This document shows, piece after piece, positions 54,510-64,000 of a stretch of DNA of 64,000 bases; the stretch's first letter is position 1, and the number at the start of each line of letters is the position of its first letter. The notes under the pieces are model-generated. The model worked only from the letters and a program-made list of their open reading frames with translations, did not search any database and had not been told where the DNA came from. The stretch covers positions 4,544,001-4,608,000 of the forward strand of contig OZ252299.1 of assembly GCA_965250285.1 (NCBI GenBank), in the 5' to 3' direction. The position numbers were made by a program, and so were the translations under genes. The stretch comes from Myxococcota bacterium (GTDB taxonomy: Bacteria; Myxococcota_A; UBA9160; UBA4427).

Positions 54510-55241
54510 TCACTCGTAGTTGTTGAAGAAGAACGTCGCGAGCGCGAGGTGCTCGAGTACGTTCGTGCCCCCGCGCTTGTCGATGTACCGATTCTGGTAG
54601 CCGATCTCGACCGTCCCGCCGATGCGCTTCGAGTAGGTCCAGGCGACGCCGAGGAAGAACCGGTTCTCGTCGAACCCGGCTTCCTGGCCCCAGTCGGTGC
54701 TCTTGAGATGAAAGAACACCTCGTCGAAGGCCGCGATGCTGACCGGCGAGCCCTTGCGGATCGGCAGCGTCGTCTTGAAGAGCTGCCGAAGGCGCAGACC
54801 CACATCCGCCGAGTCGTCTCGCCATCGCTGCTCGAGGCGGGTGCGCCAGAGTCGCGTGAAGCGACCCGAGGGCTCCGACCAGCTGAACTGCTGCCAGAGC
54901 TGGTGCTCGTTGGTCTTCGGCGCGTTCTCCGGGACCGACCCGACCCACGTGTAGCCGAGCCACAGGCTGCCGCTGTCGAAGATGCGCCAACCGAGCGCAG
55001 GGCGAAGGATCGTCTGGCTGAACCCGTCGTTGCTCTCGAGAAAGCGCACCTGGTGATCGAACCAGTAGAGCAGGCGGTCGAGCTTGGGCGTGGCGCGGCC
55101 GAAGTCGCCCTGGGCGACGAGCACCAGCCAGCCACCGCCATCCTGATCGAGGTCGGCATGGGCCGGTGAGCCGGCCATGAGCAGGCCTGCGAGCACCGCC
55201 ACGAGCATCGCGACGCGCTTCGTTCCCACCGTGTTCCCCAC
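54510..55241 (-). CDS. DUF2490 family outer-membrane protein
   Basis: Signal peptide, NEHQLWQQ, RTRLEQRW, DEVFF, FDENRFF.G. Confidence 0.85.
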   Translation of the reverse strand: MGNTVGTKRVAMLVAVLAGLLMAGSPAHADLDQDGGGWLVLVAQGDFGRATPKLDRLLYWFDHQVRFLESNDGFSQTILRPALGWRIFDSGSLWLGYTWVGSVPENAPKTNEHQLWQQFSWSEPSGRFTRLWRTRLEQRWRDDSADVGLRLRQLFKTTLPIRKGSPVSIAAFDEVFFHLKSTDWGQEAGFDENRFFLGVAWTYSKRIGGTVEIGYQNRYIDKRGGTNVLEHLALATFFFNNYE

Positions 55242-55569
55242 TGCCCGTCTCCCGTGCGAGGTCGTCCGGACATCCCCACCTGGGCCGCTCTCGGCTCGAC
55301 GGACGGTCTCGGTTTCGCCGGGAGTACAGGTAGCCTGTGCAGCTGCAGATCACACCCAGGGTCGGCGCAGCTGCGCCGGCCGACCGTGCTCTGCGGGGTT
55401 CACCACCCGGGTGCCGAGTGCCCAGCGAGCAAGCGCCTCGCATGTCCGGATTCGAGATGAAGCGCGCAGCGTCCGAGTCGAGAAGCCGACTCGAGCGAGC
55501 CCACGGCGCGCGATCGGGCGTGTACCCTCGGACGTTCCCGATCCGACCATGTTCATGCAGGAGGACCCC

Positions 55570-56412
55570 ATGGATCCCAACGACCTCTCCCAGCTTCAGG
55601 AGAAGTATCTCGACCCGCTCGTCGAGCAGGCCGTCGTCTTCGGCCCCAAGCTGCTGCTCGCGCTCGCCACGCTGGTGATCGGCCTCTGGCTGATCGGTCG
55701 CGTCGCCAAGGCGCTCGACAGCGCGATGGCGCGCAACAACGTCGAGGTGACCCTGCGCGGGTTCCTCCACAACCTGATCTCGATCGGTCTGAAGATCGTG
55801 CTCGGCGTCGTGGTGATCACGATGGTCGGCGTCGAGACCACCTCGATCGTCGCGATCTTCGGTGCCGCCGGTCTCGCCGTCGGTCTGGCGCTGCAGGGCA
55901 GTCTCTCGAACTTCGCCGGCGGCGTGCTGATCCTCTTCTTCAAGCCCTTCAAGGTCGGTGACGTCATCGACGCCCAGGGCTTCCTGGGCAAGGTCGAGCA
56001 GATCCAGATCTTCAACACGATCCTGCTGAGCCTCGACAACAAGCGCATCGTCATGCCCAATGGGCAGCTCTCGAACGGGCCGATCACCAACCTCTTCCAC
56101 GAGCCGATCCGGCGCGTCGATCTCAAGTTCGGTGTCAGCTACGGCGACGACGTGGCGAAGGTGAAGCAGGTGATCAACTCGGTGATCGACGAGACGGACG
56201 GCATTCTGGCCGACCCGCCGCGGGAGATCTGGCTCGCAGAGCACGCCGACAGCTCGATCAACTTCGTCGTCCGCGTCTGGGCGAACAGCGAGGACTACTG
56301 GCCCGTGCACTTCAACATGATGGAGAACACGAAGCTCGCGTTCGATCGAGAGGGCATCTCGATCCCGTTCCCGCAGCGCGACGTGCACATGATCCCGCCC
56401 TCGGCCGCCTAG
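55570..56412 (+). CDS. mscS: Small-conductance mechanosensitive channel
   Basis: GAAGLAVGLALQGSLSNFAGG, KPFKVGD, SIPFPQRDVH. Confidence 0.93.
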   Translation: MDPNDLSQLQEKYLDPLVEQAVVFGPKLLLALATLVIGLWLIGRVAKALDSAMARNNVEVTLRGFLHNLISIGLKIVLGVVVITMVGVETTSIVAIFGAAGLAVGLALQGSLSNFAGGVLILFFKPFKVGDVIDAQGFLGKVEQIQIFNTILLSLDNKRIVMPNGQLSNGPITNLFHEPIRRVDLKFGVSYGDDVAKVKQVINSVIDETDGILADPPREIWLAEHADSSINFVVRVWANSEDYWPVHFNMMENTKLAFDREGISIPFPQRDVHMIPPSAA

Positions 56413-56456
56413 GCCGGCCTCGACCCGCCCAGGCCGAGACGCGAGCCACGAAACGA

Positions 56457-56490
56457 AGAGCGCCCGGTTCGAGATCGAACCGGGCGCTCT
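56457..56490. terminator. Intrinsic terminator hairpin between convergent genes
   Basis: AGAGCGCCCGGTTCGA / TCGAACCGGGCGCTCT perfect inverted repeat with short T tracts on both strands. Confidence 0.75.
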
Positions 56491-56513
56491 GGTTTCGGTG
56501 GCTCAGTCGGTCG

Positions 56514-57221
56514 TCAGTCGTTGCGACCGCCCAGCAGACCGAGCTGCATCGCCCAGTACAGCAGCGTCATGAGCGAGGTCGCGAACGCGGCGACGTAGGT
56601 CATCGCGGCGGCGTTCAGCACCTTCTTCGCGCCGGTGTACTCTTCGTCGGTGACGTAGCGACCGCGCAGGCACGCCAGGGCACGGCTGCTCGCGTCGAAC
56701 TCGACGGGCAGCGTGACGAGCGTGAAGATCGTCGTCGTCGCGAAGAGACCGACGCCGATGTAGGCGGCCAGCGAGCCCCACGCGGTCGCGGTGCCGCCGA
56801 GGAAGACGGCTGCGATGATGACGATCATCGACAAGCCACTGCCGGTGCTCGCGACCGGCACCCAGGCCGATCGGAACTTCAACGGGGCATAGCCCTGCGC
56901 ATCCTGAATCGCGTGCCCCACCTCGTGGGCGGCGACGCCAAAGGCGGCCATGCTGTTGCTGCCGTAGACCGGCTCGGATAGACGCAGGGTCTTCGTCGAC
57001 GGGTCGTAGTGGTCGGTCATCGAGCCACGGATCGGCTCGATCGTGACGTCGGAGATGCCGTTCTCATTCAGGATCGCCTGCGCGACCTGAGCGCCGGTCA
57101 TGCCCGAGCGCGTCGGAATCTGGCTGTACTTGCGAAAGCGACTCTTCACCGTCGCCGAAGCCCAGAGGCTGAGCACCATGCCGGCGCCGATGACGAGCCA
57201 ATAGAGCGGGTCGAACAACAT
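56514..57221 (-). CDS. Putative neutral zinc metallopeptidase (YugP-like)
   Basis: TDHYDP, VAAHEVGHAIQ, TLPVEFDASSRA, AAAMTYVA. Confidence 0.92.
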   Translation of the reverse strand: MLFDPLYWLVIGAGMVLSLWASATVKSRFRKYSQIPTRSGMTGAQVAQAILNENGISDVTIEPIRGSMTDHYDPSTKTLRLSEPVYGSNSMAAFGVAAHEVGHAIQDAQGYAPLKFRSAWVPVASTGSGLSMIVIIAAVFLGGTATAWGSLAAYIGVGLFATTTIFTLVTLPVEFDASSRALACLRGRYVTDEEYTGAKKVLNAAAMTYVAAFATSLMTLLYWAMQLGLLGGRND

Positions 57222-57572
57222 GTGGGGTGAACCTCCAATCAATCTGTCACCGAGGAGCGTGCGCGCGGCGGCGGCCCCGGCAAGGGCCGAGGCGACCGAG
57301 GGTAGCTCTGGGTCCTCTTCGGCCGAGGCGATCCTCCCGCTTTGGACGACCCAGACCCCGACGACGTTGCATCGAATCCCCCGGGGCAAGTGATCTGGCT
57401 CATCCTTGGGCCGCCTGTGGCCCGAGAATCGAAGGTTTTTCACCCCGATGTGGCTTCACTGGGGCCTGCGGAAAGCCGATTCAGAAACGAGCCCTGTGCG
57501 TTCCCCCCGGCGTGCACCGCGCCCACGCGGCCGGCGACGCCCGACGCGAGCCCCCTGACCGGAGTGCCCCCC

Positions 57573-58457
57573 ATGGAAGCCATCCTGCGCCGCGTGACCG
57601 ACCCGAGCGACCTCGCCCACGTGGCCCAGCCCGACATCCCGTACCGCTTCGACCAGATCTTCAGCGCCGAGGGCTTCGGCGCGAAGCGGCTCGAGAAGAA
57701 GCGGCTGAAGCTGATGAAGGCGATCGACGAGCGCGTCCGCACCTTCCTGGCCGAGGGCGAGACCGTCGAGTTCGTGACCTGGGGCGTCGATTACTCGTTC
57801 GCCGAGCACTACTTCATGGGCGTCTGGGCGCAGCTCATGAATCGACGCGCCGTGATCCTGACGAACAAGCGCATCCTCTTGATCCAGATCAACTCGCGCA
57901 ACAAGGTCCTGCAGCTCAAGAGCCAGGTTCGCTACACGGCGATCACGAAGTTCTCGAAGGGCACGTTCGGCTATCTCGGGCTCGTGCTGCGCGACAAGAA
58001 GACCCTCACGTTGACCAGCGTGCCGCGCAAGGACCGCAAGCAGCTGCGCGAGCGCATTGCGGCCAACATGGAAGCGACGCGCATGGAAGCACCGGCGCCG
58101 GGCATGGAGAACCTTTGCCCCCACTGCGGCCACCGCGTGCTCGGCTTGCCCGAGCGCTGCAGTCAGTGTGCGAGAGATTTCAAGTCGGGGGCGAAGGCAG
58201 GCTGGCTCAGCCTGATCCTCCCCGGTCTCGGCGACATGTATCTCGGGCACAAGGGCCTCGGCACCATGGAGATGATCGGGGCGCTCTTCGCATGGGGCTT
58301 CATCGGCTTTGCGTTCCTCGGAGCGGAGGGCGGCGAGATCGACCCCATGACGATCGGCGTCGTGGCGACGATCGTCTTCTGCTTCGTGCATCTGCCCGAC
58401 GCCTGGATCACCCGCCGCATGGGCCTGAAGGGCATCTACCCCGCCGATCCCGACTGA
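57573..58457 (+). CDS. Hypothetical membrane protein with PH-like domain and zinc ribbon
   Basis: VILTNKRILL, CPHC...CSQC, SLILPGLGDMYLG plus two TMs. Confidence 0.7.
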   Translation: MEAILRRVTDPSDLAHVAQPDIPYRFDQIFSAEGFGAKRLEKKRLKLMKAIDERVRTFLAEGETVEFVTWGVDYSFAEHYFMGVWAQLMNRRAVILTNKRILLIQINSRNKVLQLKSQVRYTAITKFSKGTFGYLGLVLRDKKTLTLTSVPRKDRKQLRERIAANMEATRMEAPAPGMENLCPHCGHRVLGLPERCSQCARDFKSGAKAGWLSLILPGLGDMYLGHKGLGTMEMIGALFAWGFIGFAFLGAEGGEIDPMTIGVVATIVFCFVHLPDAWITRRMGLKGIYPADPD

Positions 58458-58509
58458 CCCGGCCGCCCCAGGGCCGCGGTCTCACCCGCACCGGGGCGCA
58501 GAACCTTCG

Positions 58510-58515
58510 TATAAT
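58510..58515 (+). promoter_or_regulatory. Candidate sigma70 -10 element
   Basis: Perfect TATAAT upstream of ATG 58560. Confidence 0.45.
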
Positions 58516-58559
58516 GGGCGCTCCCGGTCCGAACGCCTCGGCCGGCCGCGGGAGGCTCC

Positions 58560-59498
58560 ATGCCCTTCGACAATCGAATCACGAATCTGCTCGGCGTCGA
58601 GGTACCGATCGTACAGGCGCCGATGGGCTGGATCGCACGATCGCAGCTCGCGTCGGCGGTCTCGAACGCCGGCGCCCTCGGCATCATCGAGACGAGCTCG
58701 GGTGAGCTCGACGCGATCCGCGGCGAGATCGCCAAGATGCGCGAGCTCACCGACAAGCCCTTCGGCGTCAACATCGCCCAGGCCTTCGTACGCGACCCCG
58801 ACATCGTCGACTTCGTCGTCGACCAGGGCGTCCGCTTCGTGACGACGTCCGCCGGCGATCCTCGCCAGTACACCGAGAAGCTGAAGGCCGCCGGGCTCAC
58901 CGTCTTTCATGTGGTGCCGACGCTCAAGGCCGCGCTGCGCGCGGTCGAAGCCGGTGTCGACGGCCTGGTCGTCGAAGGCGGCGAGGGCGGCGGCTTCAAG
59001 AACCCGCGCGAGGTCGCGAGCTTCGTGCTGCTGCCGCTCGTGCGCGAACACACCGACGTGCCGATCATCGCCGCCGGCGGCATCTGCGACGGACCGACCA
59101 TGGCCGCCGCGTTTGCGCTCGGCGCGGAGGGCGTGCAGATGGGCACGCGCATGGTGAGCGCGGCCGAGTCGCCCGTGCACACGGGCTGGAAGGACGCCAT
59201 CGTCGCGGCGGCCGAAACCGACACCGTGCTCCTGAAACAGCCGAAGGGCCCGGCCCTGCGCGCGCTGCGCACCGAAACGAGCACCGCGCTCGAAGCCGGT
59301 GAAGGCAACCCGATGGCCGTGCTGGGCGGGGGCGTGAAGGGCGTGTACTTCGAGGGCAACATGGAGGCGGGCCTCGCGCTGACCGGTCAGGTCGCCGGAC
59401 GCATCGAAGCCGTCGAGCCGGTCGCGCGCATCATCGCCGACACGGTCGCGGGCTTCGAAAAGACGGTGAAGGCGCTGGCATCCGGCGCGACGGGCTAG
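58560..59498 (+). CDS. Nitronate monooxygenase / FabK-like FMN oxidoreductase
   Basis: PIVQAPM, KPFGVN, EGGEGGG, IAAGGI.DG, GAEGVQMGTR. Confidence 0.9.
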   Translation: MPFDNRITNLLGVEVPIVQAPMGWIARSQLASAVSNAGALGIIETSSGELDAIRGEIAKMRELTDKPFGVNIAQAFVRDPDIVDFVVDQGVRFVTTSAGDPRQYTEKLKAAGLTVFHVVPTLKAALRAVEAGVDGLVVEGGEGGGFKNPREVASFVLLPLVREHTDVPIIAAGGICDGPTMAAAFALGAEGVQMGTRMVSAAESPVHTGWKDAIVAAAETDTVLLKQPKGPALRALRTETSTALEAGEGNPMAVLGGGVKGVYFEGNMEAGLALTGQVAGRIEAVEPVARIIADTVAGFEKTVKALASGATG

Positions 59499-59574
59499 CG
59501 CCCCGGCGTCGAGCAGGGTCGGAGCGAACGCGGTGAAGGCGGCGCCTCTCGTGGCGCCGCGTCGGAGGATCGAC

Positions 59575-60228
59575 ATGGGTTCCGACGACGAGAGCGCCCG
59601 GGTGGGGACCGAGCCGATCGGGCGACCGACGGCCGACCGCATCCTCGATGCGGCCGAAGCGCTCTTTGCGGCGCGCGGCTTCGCGGGCACCAGTGTGCGC
59701 GACATCGCCAACGCCGTCGGGCTCAACCCGGCGAGCCTGTACAACCACTTCGCGAACAAAGAAGCCCTGTACGAGGCCGTCCTCGCGCGGGGTGTGCGTC
59801 CGCTCGTCGAGCTGCTCGAGCAGGCGGCAAAGTCGGAGACCGTCGAAGCCGAGACGATCATCACGCGCGTGATGGAGCATCTCGCGCGCACGCCCCAGCT
59901 GCCGCGCCTGATCCAGCACGAGGCGCTCTCGGGCGGCGAACATCTGACCGAGGTGGTTCGCAACTGGGTGCATCCGCTGCTGGTGCCGGCCATGGCGGCG
60001 GCTTCGCGGCGCAGCGAGGGCTCGGGCTGGGACGAAGACGAGCTCGCGCCGATGATCGCGGCCTGGCTGCACATGGTGTTCGGACACTTCGCGCTGGCAC
60101 CCATGCTCGGCGAGCTCTTCGGCGGCGATCCCCTGTCGCCCGAGAACCTCGAACGCCAGACCCGATTTCTGCGCAAGGCCAGCGTGCGGCTCATGGGCGA
60201 CGGCGAGGACGCAGACGGGTCGGATTGA
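59575..60228 (+). CDS. TetR/AcrR family transcriptional regulator
   Basis: ILDAAEALFAARGF.GTSVRDIA...LYNHFANKEALY. Confidence 0.93.
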   Translation: MGSDDESARVGTEPIGRPTADRILDAAEALFAARGFAGTSVRDIANAVGLNPASLYNHFANKEALYEAVLARGVRPLVELLEQAAKSETVEAETIITRVMEHLARTPQLPRLIQHEALSGGEHLTEVVRNWVHPLLVPAMAAASRRSEGSGWDEDELAPMIAAWLHMVFGHFALAPMLGELFGGDPLSPENLERQTRFLRKASVRLMGDGEDADGSD

Positions 60229-60270
60229 TTCGGCTGCGCGCCGGAACGTCGTCGACGACCGGCCTCGCTC

Positions 60271-61470
60271 TCAGAGGCAGGCGTAGACCGTCTCGATGAG
60301 ACGCTGGGTGCGGGGCGTCTGCCACCGGTCGCCCGGCAGGTTCATCACGTAGCCGAAAGCGACATCGTTCTCGACGTCGGCGAAGCCGAGCGCACCGCCA
60401 TAGCCGTAGTGGCCGAACGCCGTCGCACTCGGACCGAGCGGTCGCGAGGGGATCGGCAGCTGGAACCCGATCCCGAAGCGCGAAGGCCGACCGAGGATCA
60501 CGTCGTCGCCATCGACCTCGCCCCGCGTCGCCTCATCGCGCAGTGAATCGCTCGGCGGCGTCGCGAGCTCGACGCCCGACCGCAGGAACCCGGCGTAGAG
60601 CGTCGCCACCGCGCGCGCGGTGGCGTGACCGCTCGTCGACGGAATCACCGAGCGCTTCCACTCGGGCGTGTGCGACGTGCCGGTGCCACTGATCCCGGGT
60701 GGATTGAAGTACGTGTGCCAGCGCATGAGGTCGTATGCGCGGTCGCCCGTGGGCGGAAACGCGAGGGCCCACTGCGCTTCGTTCTCGAGCAGCACGCTTG
60801 GGCCGAGCCAATCGGCGCAGCGCGATAGGAGCGCGTCGGGCACGCCGAAGAAGAAGTCGGCGCCGGCCGGCCGCGTCAGGTAGCGCGCGAGGGCAGCGGG
60901 CACCGACAGGCCCGTCGCCCGCTGAATCACCTCACCGACCAGAAAGCCGTAGGTGTTCACGTGATACCCGTGCGCCGAGCCGGGTCGCCAATAGGGCCGC
61001 TCGGCGCCGAGTCGGGCGCAGAGCCCGGCCCAGTCGTAGACGTGGCTCGGGTCGAGCTTCTCGCGAATTGCGGGGAGCCCCACCTGGTGGCTCGCGAGCA
61101 TGCGCACCGTCACGTCGTGCTTGCCGTGGGCGCCGAACTCGGGCCAGTGGTCGACGACCCGATCGTCGAACGAGAGCTTCCCATCCTCGGCCACGCACAG
61201 GAGCAGACCGGCGAGCACACCCTTCCCCACCGAGTAGACGCTCGCGAGCGTGTCGCGCTGCCACACGCGCGTGCGCGCGGCGTCCTGCCAGCCGCCCCAG
61301 AGATCGACGACGACCTCACCGCCCACGCGCAGGCTGAAGGCGGCCCCGACCTCACCGAGGTCGTCGAAGCTTCGCGTGAAGGCGTCGCGCACCGGCGCAA
61401 AGCGGGCAGCGCACTCGCCGTCGATGGTGGGCGCAGGGGCGGGCGGGTCGGATCGGGGCGCATCGCTCAT
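60271..61470 (-). CDS. Beta-lactamase-fold serine hydrolase (family VIII esterase-like)
   Basis: VDLWGG, YSVGK (SxxK), [11 protein letters not shown]. Confidence 0.9.
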   Translation of the reverse strand: MSDAPRSDPPAPAPTIDGECAARFAPVRDAFTRSFDDLGEVGAAFSLRVGGEVVVDLWGGWQDAARTRVWQRDTLASVYSVGKGVLAGLLLCVAEDGKLSFDDRVVDHWPEFGAHGKHDVTVRMLASHQVGLPAIREKLDPSHVYDWAGLCARLGAERPYWRPGSAHGYHVNTYGFLVGEVIQRATGLSVPAALARYLTRPAGADFFFGVPDALLSRCADWLGPSVLLENEAQWALAFPPTGDRAYDLMRWHTYFNPPGISGTGTSHTPEWKRSVIPSTSGHATARAVATLYAGFLRSGVELATPPSDSLRDEATRGEVDGDDVILGRPSRFGIGFQLPIPSRPLGPSATAFGHYGYGGALGFADVENDVAFGYVMNLPGDRWQTPRTQRLIETVYACL

Positions 61471-61612
61471 GTGCGGTCGGTCCAGGGCGCGGCTCGTGGA
61501 ATCGGGCCCGGGCGGGAGGCCTCGTCCCGCCGAGACCGGCATCTTATCATCCGCTGCTCGGGCTGCGGCCCGCCGCCTCGTCCCCCCACCCCGACCCAGA
61601 GGATCGCATTCG

Positions 61613-62296
61613 ATGATCGAGCTGTTCACCGCCGGCACCCCCAATGGCTGGAAGGCCTCCATCACGCTCGAAGAGCTCGAGCTGCCCTACGAAGTGCGCG
61701 CGATCGACCTCGGATCGGGCGACCAGAAGAAGCCCGAGTATCTGGCGATCAATCCGAACGGACGCATCCCGGCGATCATCGACCACGATCTAGACGGTCT
61801 GCGCGTCTTCGAGTCGGGCGCGATCATGATCCACCTCTGCGAGAAGACCGGCAGCGACCTGCTGCCGACCGACGCCGCGCGGCGCGCCGAGGTGATGAGC
61901 TGGCTGATGTTCCAGATGGGCGGGGTCGGTCCCATGATGGGCCAGGCGAACGTCTTCTTTCGCTACTTCCCCGAGAAGATCCAGCCGGCGATCGATCGCT
62001 ACCAGAACGAGTCGCGCCGCCTCTTCGAGGTGCTCGACGGCCAGCTGCAGAAGACCGAGTGGCTCGCGGGCGAGTACTCGATCGCCGACATCGCGAACTG
62101 GTCGTGGGTGCGCATTCACGGTTGGTCGGGCGTGCCGGTCGACGGGCTCGACGCCCTCGCGAAGTGGATGGAGACGATGCAGGCGCGCCCGGCGGTGCAG
62201 CGCGGCGTCGCCGTCCCCGAGCAGCCCCGCGACACCGACAACGCCGAGACGGCCGAGCGCCTCAAGAAGGCCGGCGCTTCGATGATCGTCCGCTGA
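61613..62296 (+). CDS. Glutathione S-transferase (YfcG/YghU-like)
   Basis: [37 protein letters not shown]. Confidence 0.93.
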   Translation: MIELFTAGTPNGWKASITLEELELPYEVRAIDLGSGDQKKPEYLAINPNGRIPAIIDHDLDGLRVFESGAIMIHLCEKTGSDLLPTDAARRAEVMSWLMFQMGGVGPMMGQANVFFRYFPEKIQPAIDRYQNESRRLFEVLDGQLQKTEWLAGEYSIADIANWSWVRIHGWSGVPVDGLDALAKWMETMQARPAVQRGVAVPEQPRDTDNAETAERLKKAGASMIVR

Positions 62297-62369
62297 GGCC
62301 CCTGCGCACCCGGGCACGGCGCCCGCCGCGCGTCCATTCGGCTCGACTCTCTCGGAGAACCTGCTCGTC

Positions 62370-63452
62370 ATGACCCATCGCGTCGTCGTCTGGGGCACCG
62401 GAAACGTGGGCATCCCCGCGATCCGCACGGTGCTCGCCAATCCCACCCTCGAGCTCGCCGACGTCATCGTGCACGCCGAAGCGAAGGAAGGCGCCGACGC
62501 GGGCCAGCTCGCCGGAACCGAAGCTTGCGGTGTCGCGGCTACCCGCGACGTCGACGCCGTGCTCTCGAAGAAGCCCGATGCCGTCGTGTACGCCGTGAAC
62601 CAGGATTTTCGGCCGGTCGAGGCGGCCGAAGAGATGCAGCGCTGTCTGCGGGCCGGCGTCAACGTCGTGACGTCGGGCCACTACGGCTTGCTGCATCCGG
62701 CCACGGCACCACCCGACGTGAAGGCCGCCTTCGAGGCGGCGTGCGCCGAAGGCGACGCCACGATCCTCTCCTCGGGCATCGACCCGGGCTTCGCCATGGA
62801 TCTGATCCCGGTCGTGCTCTCGGGCGTGACCGCGGGCGCGCACGAGATTCGCATCATCGAGAACTTCAACTACGCCACCTACGACGTGCCCGACGCGGTG
62901 CGCGCGATGATCGGTTTCGGTTCGCCGATGGATCAGACGCCCCCGATGATCCTGCCGACGGTGCCGACCCGCGTGTGGGGCGGCGCGATTCGCTCGCTGG
63001 CCGACGCGCTCGACATCGAGCTCGATGACGTCGTCGAGGTCACTGAGAAGCACGCACTCGAACGCGACGTCGAGGTGCTCGGCCGCGCGTATGCGAAGGG
63101 CAGCCTCGGCGCGTTCCGCTTCGAGGTGCAGGGGTTGGTCGACGGCCACCCGCTGCTCGTGGTCGAACACATCACGCGCATCGTCGACGACACCGCCCCG
63201 CAGTGGGAGAGCGCGCGCGGCATGGGCTACCACGCGGTGCGCATCTCGGGCACGCCCAACGTGTCGCTCACGCTCGAGAGCGAAGACGAACATGGCGATC
63301 ACGTCGCCGGCGGCAACACGACCGCCGCTGCACGCATCACGAACGCGATCCCCTGGGTCTGCGACGCTCCGGCCGGCTTGATGGCCGCGGCCGATCTGCC
63401 GCTCATCGCCGGGCGCGGCCTGGTGCGTCCGCCGGGCGCGGCCCGCGACTGA
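62370..63452 (+). CDS. Dihydrodipicolinate-reductase-like / NAD(P)H-dependent amine dehydrogenase family protein
   Basis: VVWGTGNVG, G.DAG, SGIDPGFAMD, NAIPWVCDAPAG. Confidence 0.85.
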   Translation: MTHRVVVWGTGNVGIPAIRTVLANPTLELADVIVHAEAKEGADAGQLAGTEACGVAATRDVDAVLSKKPDAVVYAVNQDFRPVEAAEEMQRCLRAGVNVVTSGHYGLLHPATAPPDVKAAFEAACAEGDATILSSGIDPGFAMDLIPVVLSGVTAGAHEIRIIENFNYATYDVPDAVRAMIGFGSPMDQTPPMILPTVPTRVWGGAIRSLADALDIELDDVVEVTEKHALERDVEVLGRAYAKGSLGAFRFEVQGLVDGHPLLVVEHITRIVDDTAPQWESARGMGYHAVRISGTPNVSLTLESEDEHGDHVAGGNTTAAARITNAIPWVCDAPAGLMAAADLPLIAGRGLVRPPGAARD

Positions 63453-63641
63453 TCGTCCGGCGGGGGCCGATCCCCCCGAGCGAGCCCGCCCCGAGGAACG
63501 TTCCGGCCAGAAATATCCAATCTGGGCGGATTTCGGATCGAAGGGGCCTCGGTGTCGGACGATCGGGCCTCGACTTCCTGCGAAACGCGGCGACTCACGG
63601 GTACGATGAACCGATCCCCTCGAGACCGGAGGTGCACGCCC

Positions 63642-64000
63642 GTGCAGCCCAGTCGCCGCCACCGCCTCAGCCAGACCGCCCGCCGCCTCTCGGCCGGCGC
63701 GATCGCGCTGGTGTGCGTGCTCGGCGTCGCGGGTCACGGCCTGGCGATCGAGCCGCCGGCCCCCGAGTCGCAATTCACCCCCGAGCCCGAGCGCTGGCAG
63801 GTGCTCGAGTCGCTCGCCGAGGGCTTCCGCGGGCTGCTGCCCCAGAACGAGACCTGGGAGGAGAGCGGCCTGCGCGAGACGATCGCCGGCACGGTGAAAG
63901 AAAAGAAGTACTTCGGCCGGGCCAATGGGCGCACGTTCAGCATCGGCCTGCACCGCCTGCCCGACCTCGGGCGCTTCTTCGCGCCGACCGGCCTCGTGCT
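63642..64000 (+). CDS. Secreted hypothetical protein, truncated by window end
   Basis: GTG after GGAGG, basic plus hydrophobic signal peptide, frame open to the last base. Confidence 0.6.
   Translation, partial: MQPSRRHRLSQTARRLSAGAIALVCVLGVAGHGLAIEPPAPESQFTPEPERWQVLESLAEGFRGLLPQNETWEESGLRETIAGTVKEKKYFGRANGRTFSIGLHRLPDLGRFFAPTGLV

Overview
High-GC bacterial chromosomal window with about 60 protein genes and three tRNA-Ser genes (GGA, GCT, TGA). The gene content looks like a Myxococcota/deltaproteobacteria-type heterotroph, but that is inference only. Left part (1-12.2 kb): a peroxiredoxin-like gene with an in-frame TGA in a W-U-P-P-C motif (probable selenoprotein, split by the ORF track), a sulfatase, a haloalkane dehalogenase, GSTs, DUF1330-like paralogs and two gene remnants. 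12.3-19.5 kb: a tightly coupled 7-gene minus-strand operon (FN3-like membrane protein, Zn carbamoylase, cysteine amidase, Na+/solute symporter, 40-aa membrane peptide, ATCase-like transcarbamylase with a remodelled acceptor site, AsnB-type amidotransferase). I read it as a candidate make/import/recycle system for an N-carbamoylated amino-acid amide such as the osmolyte N-alpha-carbamoyl-L-glutamine 1-amide. Further right: TetR with a double operator, 44-bp hairpin repeats between two tRNA-Ser genes, a PilZ protein, a tautomerase pair, a DUF318 permease coupled to an ASPIC/UnbV protein, a CpxP/R/A-like module with a perfect CpxR box, an RND pump, a photolyase operon with two microproteins, and ordinary metabolic genes. 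No integrase, transposase, rRNA or CRISPR array was recognised. All product calls come from motif recognition by eye, not database searches.
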